A stretch of DNA of 60,930 nt, filler included. It is 14 parts of 14 records of this genome, joined end to end, with 100 filler letters (N's around TTAATTAATTAA, not from the genome) between each part and the next. Parts side by side here need not be neighbours in the genome. Positions count along the whole stretch, not along the records: positions 10,352 to 14,013 come from SRR7504441_18525; positions 14,114 to 18,788 come from SRR7504441_18533; positions 18,889 to 22,019 come from SRR7504441_18542; positions 22,120 to 25,319 come from SRR7504441_18547; 10 more parts are not named here. One strand, 5' to 3'. Below are positions 10,560 to 22,416 of the stretch, in pieces. Under the pieces are notes generated by a model. That model searched no databases. It had not been told where the DNA came from and saw only the letters and a program-made list of their open reading frames with translations. Positions within the stretch are counted from its first letter, which is position 1, and each line of letters starts with the position of its first letter. The position numbers and the translations under genes were made by a program.

Positions 10560-12411
10560 TCATTCGACGGAGCCTATGTCTGCGCCCGCAACAATGCCCG
10601 GTGGCAAGTGGGCCGGATTCATCTCGATCGTGCTGACCTGGCTCGGGTTTGCCGAATCGCCGTCATTTGGCACTTCCTCCTTGCGTTGGCTCCTAGACAT
10701 GTACATCAGAGCAGCTGCGACCACCAATCCCACCAGTAGTACCAGCCCTACCGCAACCCCGGCCAGCACTGCCAGTGTGAGCATGCTGTCATCGTCGCCG
10801 CTCGTGCTGTACATGTTGCCAGCCTCGTGGATACTCTCAATCGCCACATTCACTCCGTCTGGGATCGATCCCGAATAAGCCTCGGCCTGCAGCTGAGATA
10901 TCACCATCGTCTGCAGCACGCTCCCAGATTGCTCCAGCGTGATGATACTGCGGCCGGCATCCATCGCAGTGTCGCACTGGAGATGGGCCTCCAAGCCACG
11001 CTCTCCCACGGAGCTTGACACGATCCTGCACTTGTTGGAGCCTGTGAGTTGACGCACCGACCGCTCGACTGCATTCCAGACGGAGCTGGACTCGGACCGG
11101 CGGGTGTTGTTCCCGAGCGGCTGTCGCCCACCAAGAGCGGCCACTGTGACGCCCACAACAAACACAACCACGATACCGAGCGTGGCCAGGGCAGCACACG
11201 GCTGGAATAGTCGCATGACCGGCCACTGCTCCATTTGCTCGTTCCGGAACAGCGGGTGGATCTCGGGAGGCAGCCCCAGGTGCTTGTTCCAGCGTTTGAA
11301 TTGTTCCTTCCACTGCGGATTCAGATCGAGGTCGTCGTTGAAGTTGTCGTGCTGGAACTTGAGGTGCTCGTCGCCCCAGGTGGATCTGAAGAAGTCGTCC
11401 ACCAGCGTGATCGTCCCAATCTCCTCCGGTTCAGCCCCGGGCTCGGCCACCGCCAGCACCCGAAAGATAGGCACGGCAATCGGATTACCTTGGCTATTAA
11501 TGAACGCATCTCCGACTTGCCGGCCCGTGCAACCCTTCAAGCAACCGTCGCCCCTGAGGTTTGTGATGAGCACTTCGAGCCAAGACACTCCTGGCTTGTT
11601 GTCAAATGCGGAGAAGTCCGTGCTTGGCTGGATCATCACATAGAATGGAGTTTTGACTGAGGTGATGTTGACAGGCAGGCCGTCTTCGGTGTACTTGGCC
11701 ATGTCGCTGATCCCGTCCTTGCCGGGCCAACCGGTCTGGTTTTCAAACGATTCGAGGAACTTGTTCACCACCAGCTTTGTGCCAAAGTTAGTAACCCCCC
11801 AGCTGCCGTCGGTGTTGGTGCCCATCATCGTGCTGAAGTTGGACACGAGCAGCCCGGGCCGGCCCTCCCGGGTCTTCCACAGCAGCAGGTTGGCCGAGCG
11901 CATTTTGCTCCGGAGGAACTTGATCGCCACCCCAACGTTGCTCTCCCCGACCAACCGGCCCTCAGAAAGTCTCATCAGACCGATCGCCTCGGCCCGGTTC
12001 CACAGCCCGGTGTACGGGTGTCCCCGTGTACGGGTCCAACGGACTCTCGCGTGCACCCCCTGCCCCCGCGTCAACCGGGCCCGGCGGGCGGCTCACCAGT
12101 GGATGGGTGAACTTGGTCGATCCTGGCTTCATCTCGTCGCTGGCGAACTCGTAAATCTCGCGGTAGCGCTCTCGGCTGGTGAAGAGCGTGTCCAGCGCCC
12201 TTTCGAACAGCGAGGGGAAGACCGCCGACGAGCCTCTTGTTTCTTGGAGCTTTTCGAAGAGCAAGCCCAGCTTCTCGCTGGCGTTCTTGTTCTGGTACTC
12301 CTCGGTGCCAAAGTAGACCTTCTGTTCGTCCCGCCCGGCACCGATCGGGCAGTTAAATCCCCGACAAGAAGACGCCAACAAAACCAGCCCCAGCGCCCAA
12401 GCAATCCTCAT
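10560..12411 (-). CDS. Secreted or membrane-anchored catalase-like (heme-binding superfamily) protein
   Basis: Signal peptide MRIAWALGLVLLASSCRG; KFTHPL|GVHARV (intron 12060-12096), HPYTGL, GLMRLS, GVAIKFLR, WGDEHLKFQH; two C-terminal hydrophobic helices. Confidence 0.65.
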
Positions 12412-12685
12412 GCTTGTGCCACCGTTGCCCCAACCGCACCAGCAATTATTATTATAATAAGCGACACTTGCTCGAGCTCGAGGTGCTACATGTACAGCTG
12501 TATAGGGACCGAGTATAGGCCTACATCGAGGCGATGCGGCGGTAGTTTGGGGCACGAGCACGGATGAGAAGCGGCTGGCTTGCGCTTGCACTGTTGATAT
12601 ACCGTGATCATGACCGTGATCTGACCGCCTGGCTCGTACGTATTTCGGGTCATATTAAACAACGCTTTTAAAAAACAAACTATAA

Positions 12686-13918
12686 TCATGAACTATGCGC
12701 AGCAGTCGCGTTCGCGGCGGCCTCGCGCGGCACAATCCCTTGTTGGCCGATGCCAGCCACAAACCGGTCCCAAGCGGGGCCTCTGAGTTTCTTGGCTTCG
12801 ACCATAAACTCCCACTCGGCCTGCGAAGCCGCGGCGAAGGTGAGCAGCTCATACCACCGGAGCGCCCAGTTGAGCACAGGGTCGGCGATTCCGTTGAGGA
12901 TCGCGAAGTTGCACGTCTCGGTCTGGTGGTGCGTGTTGTGGTGCGCGGCTGGCAGGAACAGGCCGAGCCTCTGCAGCTTCAGCCACAGCCAGGGCACGCG
13001 GTACCGGGCCCTCACTTCGGGGCTCTTCACCCGCTCATACAGGTTCTGCCGGTGCGCGAATCGGTGGGCCACTTGGACGAACTGGATCCAGAAAATGCAA
13101 GCCACCACCACGGCACAGCCCAGTTGGCAAGAGCAGGCGAGAGCGATAATCAGAATCACTGTGAGCAGCCATAGCGCCAGAATCTTGCCTAGCGGCGAGA
13201 CCCAGTCGAGCCGCACCAGTGCCGGGACGGTGGCCAGCAGCGCGGTGAGCGCGAGGATGGCTGGCCAACCAAGACCCGTGGTCGAACTCAAGGAGGGCGC
13301 GTCCAAGAGAAGCACCAATATTGAGAGTGGGGTGCCCCCGATCCAAGGCTCGGCCAAGTGGCTCTGCATGGAAGAGCCCTCGCAGCTCAGGTGGTCCAGG
13401 TGGTGGTAACGGAAGTTGAGCTTGAGGCCGTTCAGCACCGTGTGCACTGGGCCCGGCCGCTTCTCCAGGTGGAACGGCGCCGTGTCGCAGTACAAATGAA
13501 ACAATGCGGTGATCAAATCCGCCGCCAGAAGTCCGATCACCCCGCCTAGCCCGAGCGTCACCGGGCCTCCATTGGCCACCGTCCGCCAGAAGAGCACCCC
13601 CCAGGCGACCATCCCCAGGTACATCCAAGGCACCGTGAACCGCTCCAACCCTTGCTGGTCCGTCCGGTCCAGCGCCGCGATCCGCGCCCCGGGCTTGAGC
13701 TCGCTTCCATTTCGGAGCTGGCGCTGGTCGGCCACCAGGATGATCCCCGGCCACAGCTTAAGCTCTCCCACCGTCCGCCGCCCGGGCTCGGCCGGACCGG
13801 GAGGCGCCAGCAGCGGGCTCTCCTCCTGAGCCAGAACCGTTGGGTCGGCCCCAGAGAGAGTGGGCCCGATCACAAACTCTTGCTCGTTGATCGTGATCAA
13901 GCTGCCACCCCGCCCCAT
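12686..13918 (-). CDS. TMEM189/PEDS1/CarF/FAD4-family lipid desaturase
   Basis: His boxes ADLITALFHLYCDT, FRYHH, AHRFAH, HHNTHH; LQRLGLFL and NFAILNG; several transmembrane segments. Confidence 0.8.
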   Translation of the reverse strand: MGRGGSLITINEQEFVIGPTLSGADPTVLAQEESPLLAPPGPAEPGRRTVGELKLWPGIILVADQRQLRNGSELKPGARIAALDRTDQQGLERFTVPWMYLGMVAWGVLFWRTVANGGPVTLGLGGVIGLLAADLITALFHLYCDTAPFHLEKRPGPVHTVLNGLKLNFRYHHLDHLSCEGSSMQSHLAEPWIGGTPLSILVLLLDAPSLSSTTGLGWPAILALTALLATVPALVRLDWVSPLGKILALWLLTVILIIALACSCQLGCAVVVACIFWIQFVQVAHRFAHRQNLYERVKSPEVRARYRVPWLWLKLQRLGLFLPAAHHNTHHQTETCNFAILNGIADPVLNWALRWYELLTFAAASQAEWEFMVEAKKLRGPAWDRFVAGIGQQGIVPREAAANATAAHSS

Positions 13919-14257
13919 TCTGCGTGCCACAATCCCAGCGGGCTGCGTTGTTGTTGTCGTGAACGTTGTATGAACGTCAGCTCAATGGAGGAACTTAGGG
14001 GGAACTGAACGCCNNNNNNNNNNNNNNNNNNNNNNNNNNNNNNNNNNNNNNNNNNNNTTAATTAATTAANNNNNNNNNNNNNNNNNNNNNNNNNNNNNNN
14101 NNNNNNNNNNNNNGGGGAGTATTCTACCACTAGACCAACGTCGGCTGAACATGAAGGCATATGCAAACCCATTGTATTTAAACGCGCCTCGAAGCTGGAG
14201 CGCGCCGTCCTCGAAAAGAATAGAAATTACCGGCCGGGGGGGGAAGAGAGGGGTGCC

Positions 14258-15416
14258 ATGACCGAGTCCGAGCAGCTGTACAAGGAGGCCAACTCCGCCT
14301 TTGTGGACGAGGACTACGAGACCGCCCTGACGCTCTACGGCAAGTCGATCGAGGCCGGCCCCACCGCTGAGGCTCACGCCAATCGGGCGCACGCGTGCCT
14401 CAAATTGGAGCGGTTCGCCGACGCGGTGCGAAAGCAGGCCCGTCCCGGCTGAGCAGAGGTGCAGGTGGAGGATGGGGGCAAAGCGATCGAGCTCGATCCG
14501 AGCATGACCAAGGCGTTCATCCGCAAGGGCACCGCCGAGTTCGAGCTGGAGCGATTCGCGGACGCCAAAAAGACCTTCGAGCAAGGCCTTGCGCTGGAGC
14601 CCGAGAATAATAGCCTCAAGGAGTGGAACCGCAAGTGCGTGGCCGAGCTGGAGCTCGAAGGCCAGGTGGAGGTGCTCCCCAACGACGGGGCCGCTCCAAA
14701 GCTCCCGGTGCCCAGTGGGGAGGCCGAGCCTGCGCCTGCCCCCGCGGCCCCGGCTACCATGGGTGAGAAGTGCCGCTACGAGTGGTGCGCACCTGGCAGG
14801 CAGCAGCCGGCTGATCTCGGCCGGTAGGTACCAGAACGTGACGCACGTGATTGTGACGATTTTTGCAAAGAACAGGACGAGTGAGCACACCAGCCTGCAG
14901 CTGCAGGAACCGTTCCTGGACTACGCGATTCAGTTCGACGACGGGAGCGAGTTCCGGCTGAGCTGCCCGCTCTTCGACGCAGTGGTGCCAGATGAGAGTA
15001 AGGAGACCATTGGCAAGCCTAAGATAGAGCTTAAACTGAAGAAGAAGAACGATGTCAAGTGGGAGAAGCTGGAGCGCAAGGAGGGCGCAATGCTCCAGTC
15101 AATGGAGCAGGCAGCGCAAGTTAAGAAGGCGGCGACACCGTACGCGTCCAATAAGAACTGGGATCAGATAGATGCGGCATGTGGTGAAGACATAGCAAAC
15201 GACAAGCCGGAGGGTGAGGCGGCACTCAACGCTCTCTTCCAGGACATATATGCCAAGGCGGACGAGAACACCCGCCGGGCCATGAACAAGTCGTTCCAGA
15301 CCTCGGGCGGCACTGTACTGAGCACTAACTGGGGTGAGGTGGGCGAAAAGGACTATGAGAAAGAGGGCATCAAAGGCCCTGATGGGATGGAATGGCGCAA
15401 GTACTCAGACAATTAA
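14258..15416 (+). CDS. SGT1: SGT1 co-chaperone (TPR-CS-SGS)
   Basis: TPR N-terminus; CS domain RYEWYQ...KIELKLKK; SGS domain AALNALFQDIY...RAMNKSFQTSGGTVLSTNW; introns 14426-14464 and 14785-14827. Confidence 0.95.
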
Positions 15417-15696
15417 GAACTAATCCAAACGCTTTGCTCAAGTAGCCAGGAGTGTTACAGGAGTGTGCTCGTGACACCAGGCTGCACACTGCAGTGCGAC
15501 TAAGTGACGTATATATAGGACAATGTGTAGGAATCGTGTAGAATAAGTTACGTGGGCCTTCGGGTTCCGACTTTCTAATAAATGTACTTATAGGAGCGCG
15601 AGTTCATAAGTACGAGCACCGCGGCTAGTAGGCTGACATTTGAACTAGCATTCTAACTACGTAGAATCAGCCCAAACATTAGAAATGAGTTTATTG

Positions 15697-17328
15697 TCAG
15701 GTCATTTCGCTGTGCAGCTCTATTGCCTCCTCTGTCTCTACTAAACCTGAGTCGATGCTTATCTCGATGGTCGCCTTGGAACAAGGTGTTGTGGATTGCA
15801 AGCCATGGGCACCGGACCGATCAGCATCAAGCGGCAACTGGAGTACCATTACAATGCTCACCATAACTAGCGCAGATAGGACAAAATACACAAGCCATTG
15901 CCGACCAGGAAACTCGAGCATGGAGAGTGATAGGCTCCAGATCCAGCCACAGCAAATGGGCGAAACCATCCTGGTCAGCGAGCCGCATGACTGCGCGATT
16001 CCGTTGGCAAACGCCAGTCGGGGGCCCTCACAGCGGCATGCTATCACCATCATGACACAGGTGAATGTGGTGGAGTAGCAGGCTACTTTGACCAGCTGGA
16101 GCAGCGTGATCCCAGTCCACACCATCCATGGCTTGGAGACGTAAGCCAGCGCTGGGAACCCCAAGTACATTGGGACACACATCAGAGAGAGTGCCAGCAT
16201 CAGCTGTCGAGCGCTAAACTGCTCTGAGAGCCATGGGAATACTACAAGTTGAAACGGAAGCAGCATCACTCCTCCAATCATCAACGAGATGCCAACCTGC
16301 GTCGTATCGAACTCGAGCCCGATGCCAGCAGGAGCTTTGCAAAGGACAGACCAGAGCTCCTCATAGGATATCTGGTGCGAGCAGAGCAGCGCGTAGATTG
16401 AAATCGAGGTCAGGGCATACGGGGTCTCACGGAGCCAAGACAGGCCCTCCCAGCACCGCTCCTCCTCAGGGCCCTCACTAGCTCGCTTGGACTCTTCACG
16501 GTCAACGAACGGTGTGGTTTCAGGTAGGTAAAAGTAGCCATAGACAAACCCGGTCAGAGAGACCATCGCCACGCACATGCACGGCAGCATGAACGGCTTA
16601 CTCACAAACAGCGGTATGCTGTCAAACAACGGATATTTCTCCGCAGGCCGTGAGAGCAAGCCCCCCATCGCTGGCGCCACCAGAGTGCCTATCGCCCAGC
16701 AGAAAGAGAGCGTTGAGAATCCGACAGCCCGGTTCGAGTCGTCCACAATCTCAGCCAGATACGTCTTGGAGATTCCGATGTTCCCGTTCAGTAAGCCAGC
16801 AATCACCCGGGCCGCTACGTTCCAGCCGAGCGAGATGTTAGCCTGCCACCGGAGCTCAGCCAGCCCTGACAGCCCGCACCCCGAGCAGAATAATCGAGCC
16901 GGCCGCGGCCAGCACCCCAAACAGCAGAGCCGGCCTCCGGCCAAACCGATCTGCGAACCAGCCCCACACTGGAGACGCGACCAATTGGCCGGCGAAGAAG
17001 CCTGCTGAGAGCACCCCGACCCAGCCGCTGCCGAGTGGTCAGTACGGGCGGGCGCGGGAGGGCACCCGATCTCCTTCTCGGGGATCCCGAGATCGCTCAT
17101 CATGAACGGGGCCATCGACCATATCACGTTAATGTGGAAGCTCTCGCTCAGGTTGATTGCTCCCAGCGCCACCAGCCTGGCCAGGAAGTCGCGGTCGTGG
17201 TACCACGCCGCCGGCCCCTTGCCAGCCTCCTCCATCCCGCCGGCCACCGGCTGCAGCTGCGGGCTGGAGCCGCTGGACGGCTGCCCGGGCTCCTCGCCGC
17301 CCACCGGCGTCCAGCGCGGCGACTTCAT
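15697..17328 (-). CDS. Major facilitator superfamily transporter (ZIFL/DHA1-like)
   Basis: After two short introns: WGWFADRFGRRP (motif A), GLLNGNIGISKTYLAE, APAMGGLLSRP; many transmembrane segments. Confidence 0.88.
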   Translation of the reverse strand: MKSPRWTPVGGEEPGQPSSGSSPQLQPVAGGMEEAGKGPAAWYHDRDFLARLVALGAINLSESFHINVIWSMAPFMMSDLGIPEKEIGCPPAPARTDHSAAAGSGCSQQASSPANWSRLQCGAGSQIGLAGGRLCCLGCWPRPARLFCSGCGLSGLAELRWQANISLGWNVAARVIAGLLNGNIGISKTYLAEIVDDSNRAVGFSTLSFCWAIGTLVAPAMGGLLSRPAEKYPLFDSIPLFVSKPFMLPCMCVAMVSLTGFVYGYFYLPETTPFVDREESKRASEGPEEERCWEGLSWLRETPYALTSISIYALLCSHQISYEELWSVLCKAPAGIGLEFDTTQVGISLMIGGVMLLPFQLVVFPWLSEQFSARQLMLALSLMCVPMYLGFPALAYVSKPWMVWTGITLLQLVKVACYSTTFTCVMMVIACRCEGPRLAFANGIAQSCGSLTRMVSPICCGWIWSLSLSMLEFPGRQWLVYFVLSALVMVSIVMVLQLPLDADRSGAHGLQSTTPCSKATIEISIDSGLVETEEAIELHSEMT

Positions 17329-17506
17329 TGCTTCGGTCGCACTGGTCTCCCGCGACCACGCAATAATAAAAAGTAGGAGGTTACTATTCTCCAGGCTACA
17401 GAGTAGTGCAGAGCAGTGCGGCTGTACAGTGGAATCGGGGCGGGAGTACGCACAGTGTTAGTCTTTCTAAGCACTGCGGCTGTACAAGGAATGACTCAAG
17501 GAGAGT

Positions 17507-18373
17507 TTATGGTCCTTGCTCGCCGACCCGCGTATCGGTCAAGCTAAATACTTTGACAGCGCGCGAGAACGCCATCTTATCAACATCCAATTGCGCTTGC
17601 CAAACATCCAAGTTGTCGGGCATGGCCTCCATCCCGAGCATCAGCTCAAAGTACTTGCCGTGCCCCACAGCCACCAGCGTCGACTCCTCCTGCGCCGCGA
17701 GCCATTGCTTGAACTGCCCGATCCGCTCCCACACCGGCCGATCGTACCCAGACCAGCCTCGCCACCCGACTTGCTCCTGAAGGTACTCGGCCGGGCTCAC
17801 CTCAACCAGCGCCGCCAGCGACTCGGCCGGGCCGAACAGCCCCTCGCAGGTGAGGCAGGTCCGGCTGAGCGGGCTGTGCACCACCTTGGCCCCCGGCGGG
17901 ATTGGCATCCGATCCCTCAACTCGCACGCCCGCGCCAGCTGCTGCCGGCCGGTTTCGGACAGTGCTAGATCGGCCCCTGCAGCCACGTCGCCCAGCAGCT
18001 CGACAGCCGCCCCGATTCCACCGTTGACCGCCGCGGTGGCCTTGGCGTTCTCCTCGGACTGGGCGTGCCGGACCAGCAAGACCAACTTGGCCGCGGGCAG
18101 GGGCGCGTAACGGAACTCGAGCTCCAGCCCGGGCCCGGGCTGTTCGGCCAGCAGCGCCAGCAGCGCCGGCAGCTCGGCCTGAAGCACTGGGCGGCCCTGG
18201 ATAGCCGAGAGCTGCATGCCCACCAATCCAGCCGGACAGCCCGAGTCAGCGGCCACCGCGGCCACCCGCACTCCCGATGGGCCGAGCGGCTCGAGGGTGA
18301 GCCCCAGCCGCTGCGGTCGGGTCCGCCAGACCAACCGCAGCTCGCCGCCTGGTCCCGCGCTCCAGTTGGGCAT
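17507..18373 (-). CDS. Histidine phosphatase (phosphoglycerate mutase family) with N-terminal PDZ-like domain
   Basis: LLVRHAQSEEN, HSPLSRT and VAVGHG motifs; N-terminal LGLTL...VRVAAVAADS...LVGMQLSAIQG is PDZ-like. Confidence 0.7.
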   Translation of the reverse strand: MPNWSAGPGGELRLVWRTRPQRLGLTLEPLGPSGVRVAAVAADSGCPAGLVGMQLSAIQGRPVLQAELPALLALLAEQPGPGLELEFRYAPLPAAKLVLLVRHAQSEENAKATAAVNGGIGAAVELLGDVAAGADLALSETGRQQLARACELRDRMPIPPGAKVVHSPLSRTCLTCEGLFGPAESLAALVEVSPAEYLQEQVGWRGWSGYDRPVWERIGQFKQWLAAQEESTLVAVGHGKYFELMLGMEAMPDNLDVWQAQLDVDKMAFSRAVKVFSLTDTRVGEQGP

Positions 18374-19043
18374 GGTCAAGGTGCCTGTTCCGACTTGAAG
18401 AGCCTGAGTGACTGAATCAGGTGCGTCTGCTGGCACTCTGCAGCACTGGCTATGATTGTTCCGTCGGAGCCCTGTCGTGCAATAGAACTGTCGACGAACT
18501 GTATTCTCATGTAATCCCGATCTCTTTATGTGCATGATGTGCAATCATTGTATTTATTGATCAATGGCCAACGTTGCTGCTACCTTGGTGTGATATCGAA
18601 CGCTTATCGAACGTTAAAATGTCTAGCTACCCACATTGGTGTGGTTTTGCCTAGGTTTTGCCATTCTCATAGCGCAGGTCCGTCTACTTCCACTTCGCTC
18701 CCGCCCTGATCAGTGCCCCAGCTATCTCGGTGTGGTCCCTCCCAGCGGCCATCCTCAACGCAGTCCAGCCCGACTCATCCTGCAGGTCNNNNNNNNNNNN
18801 NNNNNNNNNNNNNNNNNNNNNNNNNNNNNNNNTTAATTAATTAANNNNNNNNNNNNNNNNNNNNNNNNNNNNNNNNNNNNNNNNNNNNCGTTCTACGTTT
18901 TCGTACGGTCTCCTCCAATACATGTACTGTACATGGTCATGAGCAAACCTTCGACTGGCCGGTGGGGCGACGCCAGGTGCGGTAGCCGGACTCAGCCGAA
19001 AGCATGATCCACGAGACAACCTAACTCGCTATAGTTTGGCCCG

Positions 19044-21381
19044 ATGGGCCTGATCGAGGCAGCACTGCGGCTGCAGCTGAACGAGCTGCGTCAGTTGCTG
19101 GCAGACCGGTGCGCCTCCCCGCCCGCGCACAGCTCAGCTGCTCGAGCAGCGCCGACGTGAATGCCCAAGAGTACGGACAGCAAACCGCACTGATGGTGGC
19201 ATGTCGCAAGCGGCACGCGGGGGCGGTAGCCGCTCTCATCAGTGCCAAGGCCGCGCTCGACGTAGCAGACCTGGTCGGTGCCACTGCCCTGCACGAGGCT
19301 GCTGGGTCCGGGGCCGCTGATTGCGTCTTGGCGCTGCTGGCTGCTGGTGTGGGTCGGCCGGACTGTGGCCGGAGGGTGGGCAGGTGCGGACCAGCGGGTG
19401 GCGACTTTGATGGGGGAGACGGCGGTGCGGCGGGCCAGGGCACGTGGGTTTGTGCAGGCGGCTGTGGTGCTGGAGGAGGCGATAGCTGACGGACGATGGG
19501 TGGTAGATGAGGAGGCGCCGGTGGAGCGGTTGTCAGTTGCCGGCGAGGTGGATGCTGTGCGAGACGCGATCTTCTGCGGGCGGGAGATGGGCGGAGCGCT
19601 AGGGCTGGCCACAGCAGCCGGTGAAACTCAGGTTGCAGTTCTCTATCCCTCTAGGACCATTGCGTATGCGCAGGTGGTGAGAGCGCTGCTGGAGGCGAAT
19701 GCTGATCCAAACTGCCCGGCGCACAACAACCACATGTGCCCCCCCAGCCGGACCGGCTCAGCCTGCTGCAGGGCGGAGCCAGCACTGGTGACGGCTGCTC
19801 GGCATGGGTTTGGGCTAATCGTATCACACTTACTCGAGTTCAGCGCCGTGGTTGATGGTCTAGGCAAGCACAGGATGACTGCTTTGGCCCGGGCGAGTCA
19901 CGCTAGGCATGCTGAGGTGGGTTTGGGTAGGCTTTTTGGGGCGATGAGCTCGCTGCAGGTGGTGAAATTGCTCCTGAGAGCCAGGGCGACTGTGACAGCA
20001 GTGGATGATTACGGGGCGCTGCCGTTACAGTGAGATGGCCCTCGACAGGGCTGACGGCTAGGGGGGCAGCTGGGCCAGTAGAGCCGGGGATATAGTCGCG
20101 GTGAAGAGCCTTCTCTCAGCGCAGTGCCCTGGGTGCTCAGATCATGCGAGCATCTGTGCCGCACGGCAGCATCGGCATGTATCGGGCTCTGGGGATTTGG
20201 CGTTGGGCATGGCTGCAGCGCAGGGACGGCTAGAGGTGGCTCAGCTGCTCGTGGCCGTGGCGAGCGACATTGGCCACGTAAACCATCAGCAGGAGACTGC
20301 GCTGGTTCTGGCTGCATCCTGTGGGCATCAGCCTGTAATCAAGTGGCTACTCAGCTTGGTTAGCGACCCCGATCAGCGCAGTGCTGCGCTAATGGCGGCT
20401 TCCCGGGCCGGACAGGCAGCTGCTGTTGAAGAGTTGTTGAAAGAGCTCCGAGCACTGCAAGAGCTGGCGGCTGCGGAGCGCAAGAAGACTGCAAGTCTGC
20501 AACGTGAGGCGGAAGCTCGCAAGCTGCCAGGGCAGGCAGCGCAGGAACAGGACTCGTCGTTGGCCACACAGCTGAAGAAACAGACAGCACTGGCTGTGGC
20601 TGCGGCTGCGCGAGAAGTGGCGCTAAAGCAGCAACTTCTGGAGCCGGGTAGTCCTGACAGGCATTGCCCGTGTCTGGAGCACGCCGTGCGACAGGGGCAT
20701 CTAGAAGTCGTCAAGCTGTTAGTGCAAGCTAATGCGGCTGTGGAAGATCCAACCCTCCCGCCGCTGGCAGTGGCCGCCTCTGCCAACCAGACTGAGATGT
20801 TGCTTCTACTCGTCTCACTGAATGCGTCAGTCGATTCGCGCGACGCCAAGATGCGCAGCCCTCTGATGTTCGGGTGCATTGACGGCAGTCTCGAGGCTGT
20901 CCAGGCTTTGATCGAACTTAAGGCCGATCTAGCCGCAGCTGACTTGACAGGGTGCCAACCTCTCTCAGTGGCGGCGCTTAATGGGCGGGTTGAGTGCATG
21001 GAAGCGCTTCTGGAGGCGCGAGCTGACCCGGACGCCCGTACAGAACTCGGGGACTCGGTGCTGGCTCTGGCCGCGTTCCGAGGACACACCCCGGCGGTGG
21101 AGCTGCTGCTGGCCCGACGGGCAGCGATTGAGCATGTGGGGCACGGGGGACATAATGCACTGATGTTGGCCGCAAGCCAGGGACACGATACAATTGTCCA
21201 GTTGTTAGTCGAAAGGTATGAGGCTAGTGTGATACTCAAGAGCAGCCCACCGATGAATTTGACAGCTGAGCAATTGGCCCGGATACATGAACACGCAAAC
21301 GTGAGCGACATGCTTGCACAGTATGCTGCAAACTCAACAGAGCCAGCTTCTGATGACCTACTGATGACTAGTCGGCGATAG
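19044..21381 (+). CDS. Multi-ankyrin-repeat protein, several short introns
   Basis: Many ANK repeats (GQQTALMVAC, GATALHEAA, SPLMFGC, GHNALMLAASQGH) joined across short GT-AG introns. Confidence 0.8.
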
Positions 21382-22416
21382 AAGCACCCGAGGTATTCAC
21401 TTTATCCACGCCGGTATCGATTTAGTAGACTATTGATTGCACTAGTACTGGCACTAGTGTGCTGTCGTTTATTCGCTCCAATATACTGGTAGTGCTAGCC
21501 TATAACCTAGGTTTGATACATGTAAAAAGCATGGCAGTTCTATATATAACATTAGATGAATGATCCATAGGACACAATCGGCACACACTCATTATCATTC
21601 ATTACCACACATAGTTTATTTAACACCATTCAGTTCTGTCACTCAAGTAACAGAACTTCAGACCGACAGTAGTCCGTTCGGATAGCTCTGGTCTGTTACT
21701 GGTCTGTACGAGTATATTCAGACTGGATATCGCTGAAACCTGCCGCCCCTTTGCTCCTGGTGCGACTGGCCACCAGCAGTTTCCACTGGTTACTGGTGTG
21801 TCGGAGGCTTACATCTGTGAAGTCAGTCTCAACCAGATGTTGCTGCATGGCCTGCGGTGACCTGAGCTAGAACCTTGTCCGCTCCTCTGAACAATGGCGC
21901 CCGATCTGAAGAGACACTCTACTAAAAGAGGCCCCGAGTGCGATAGATTACATACATCTGCTTGTGCAGCCACCGGGCCTGGTATGGGTCCATCCCTAGG
22001 CCATGGCTCGGAGCCTCTCNNNNNNNNNNNNNNNNNNNNNNNNNNNNNNNNNNNNNNNNNNNNTTAATTAATTAANNNNNNNNNNNNNNNNNNNNNNNNN
22101 NNNNNNNNNNNNNNNNNNNCAAACCTGCAGCTCCAACACGATTGTCGAAGAATTGCGGATGAGGATGGCCAGAAACCGGCTATCCTCACCAAAGTCCGAC
22201 TCCGATGATTGGAGCCCAAGTAAAAGCCACTAAGCGCTTGTCCACGCAAACATTTTTCTTATGTTGAAGATTTTAACAAAGTCTTTGAATAAAGCTTACT
22301 AGAGTCCATACATGTATAGAGAGTGGTTTTACTCGGACGAAAGCATCGACATTTACGAGTAATTTACGAGTAATAAGTTAATCATAGTAAATGGGCCAAT
22401 GACACATCGATGCCAC

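Noticed and set aside
14258-15416. Frame switches within genes read as programmed frameshifts, pseudogenes or a variant genetic code
   Set aside because: Every switch examined is resolved by a short GT/GC-AG intron; RPB1 reads about 1500 codons in the standard code
21632-21657. 8-bp inverted repeat AGTTCTGT...ACAGAACT as a terminator
   Set aside because: Short, single copy and in a eukaryotic context; compatible with chance
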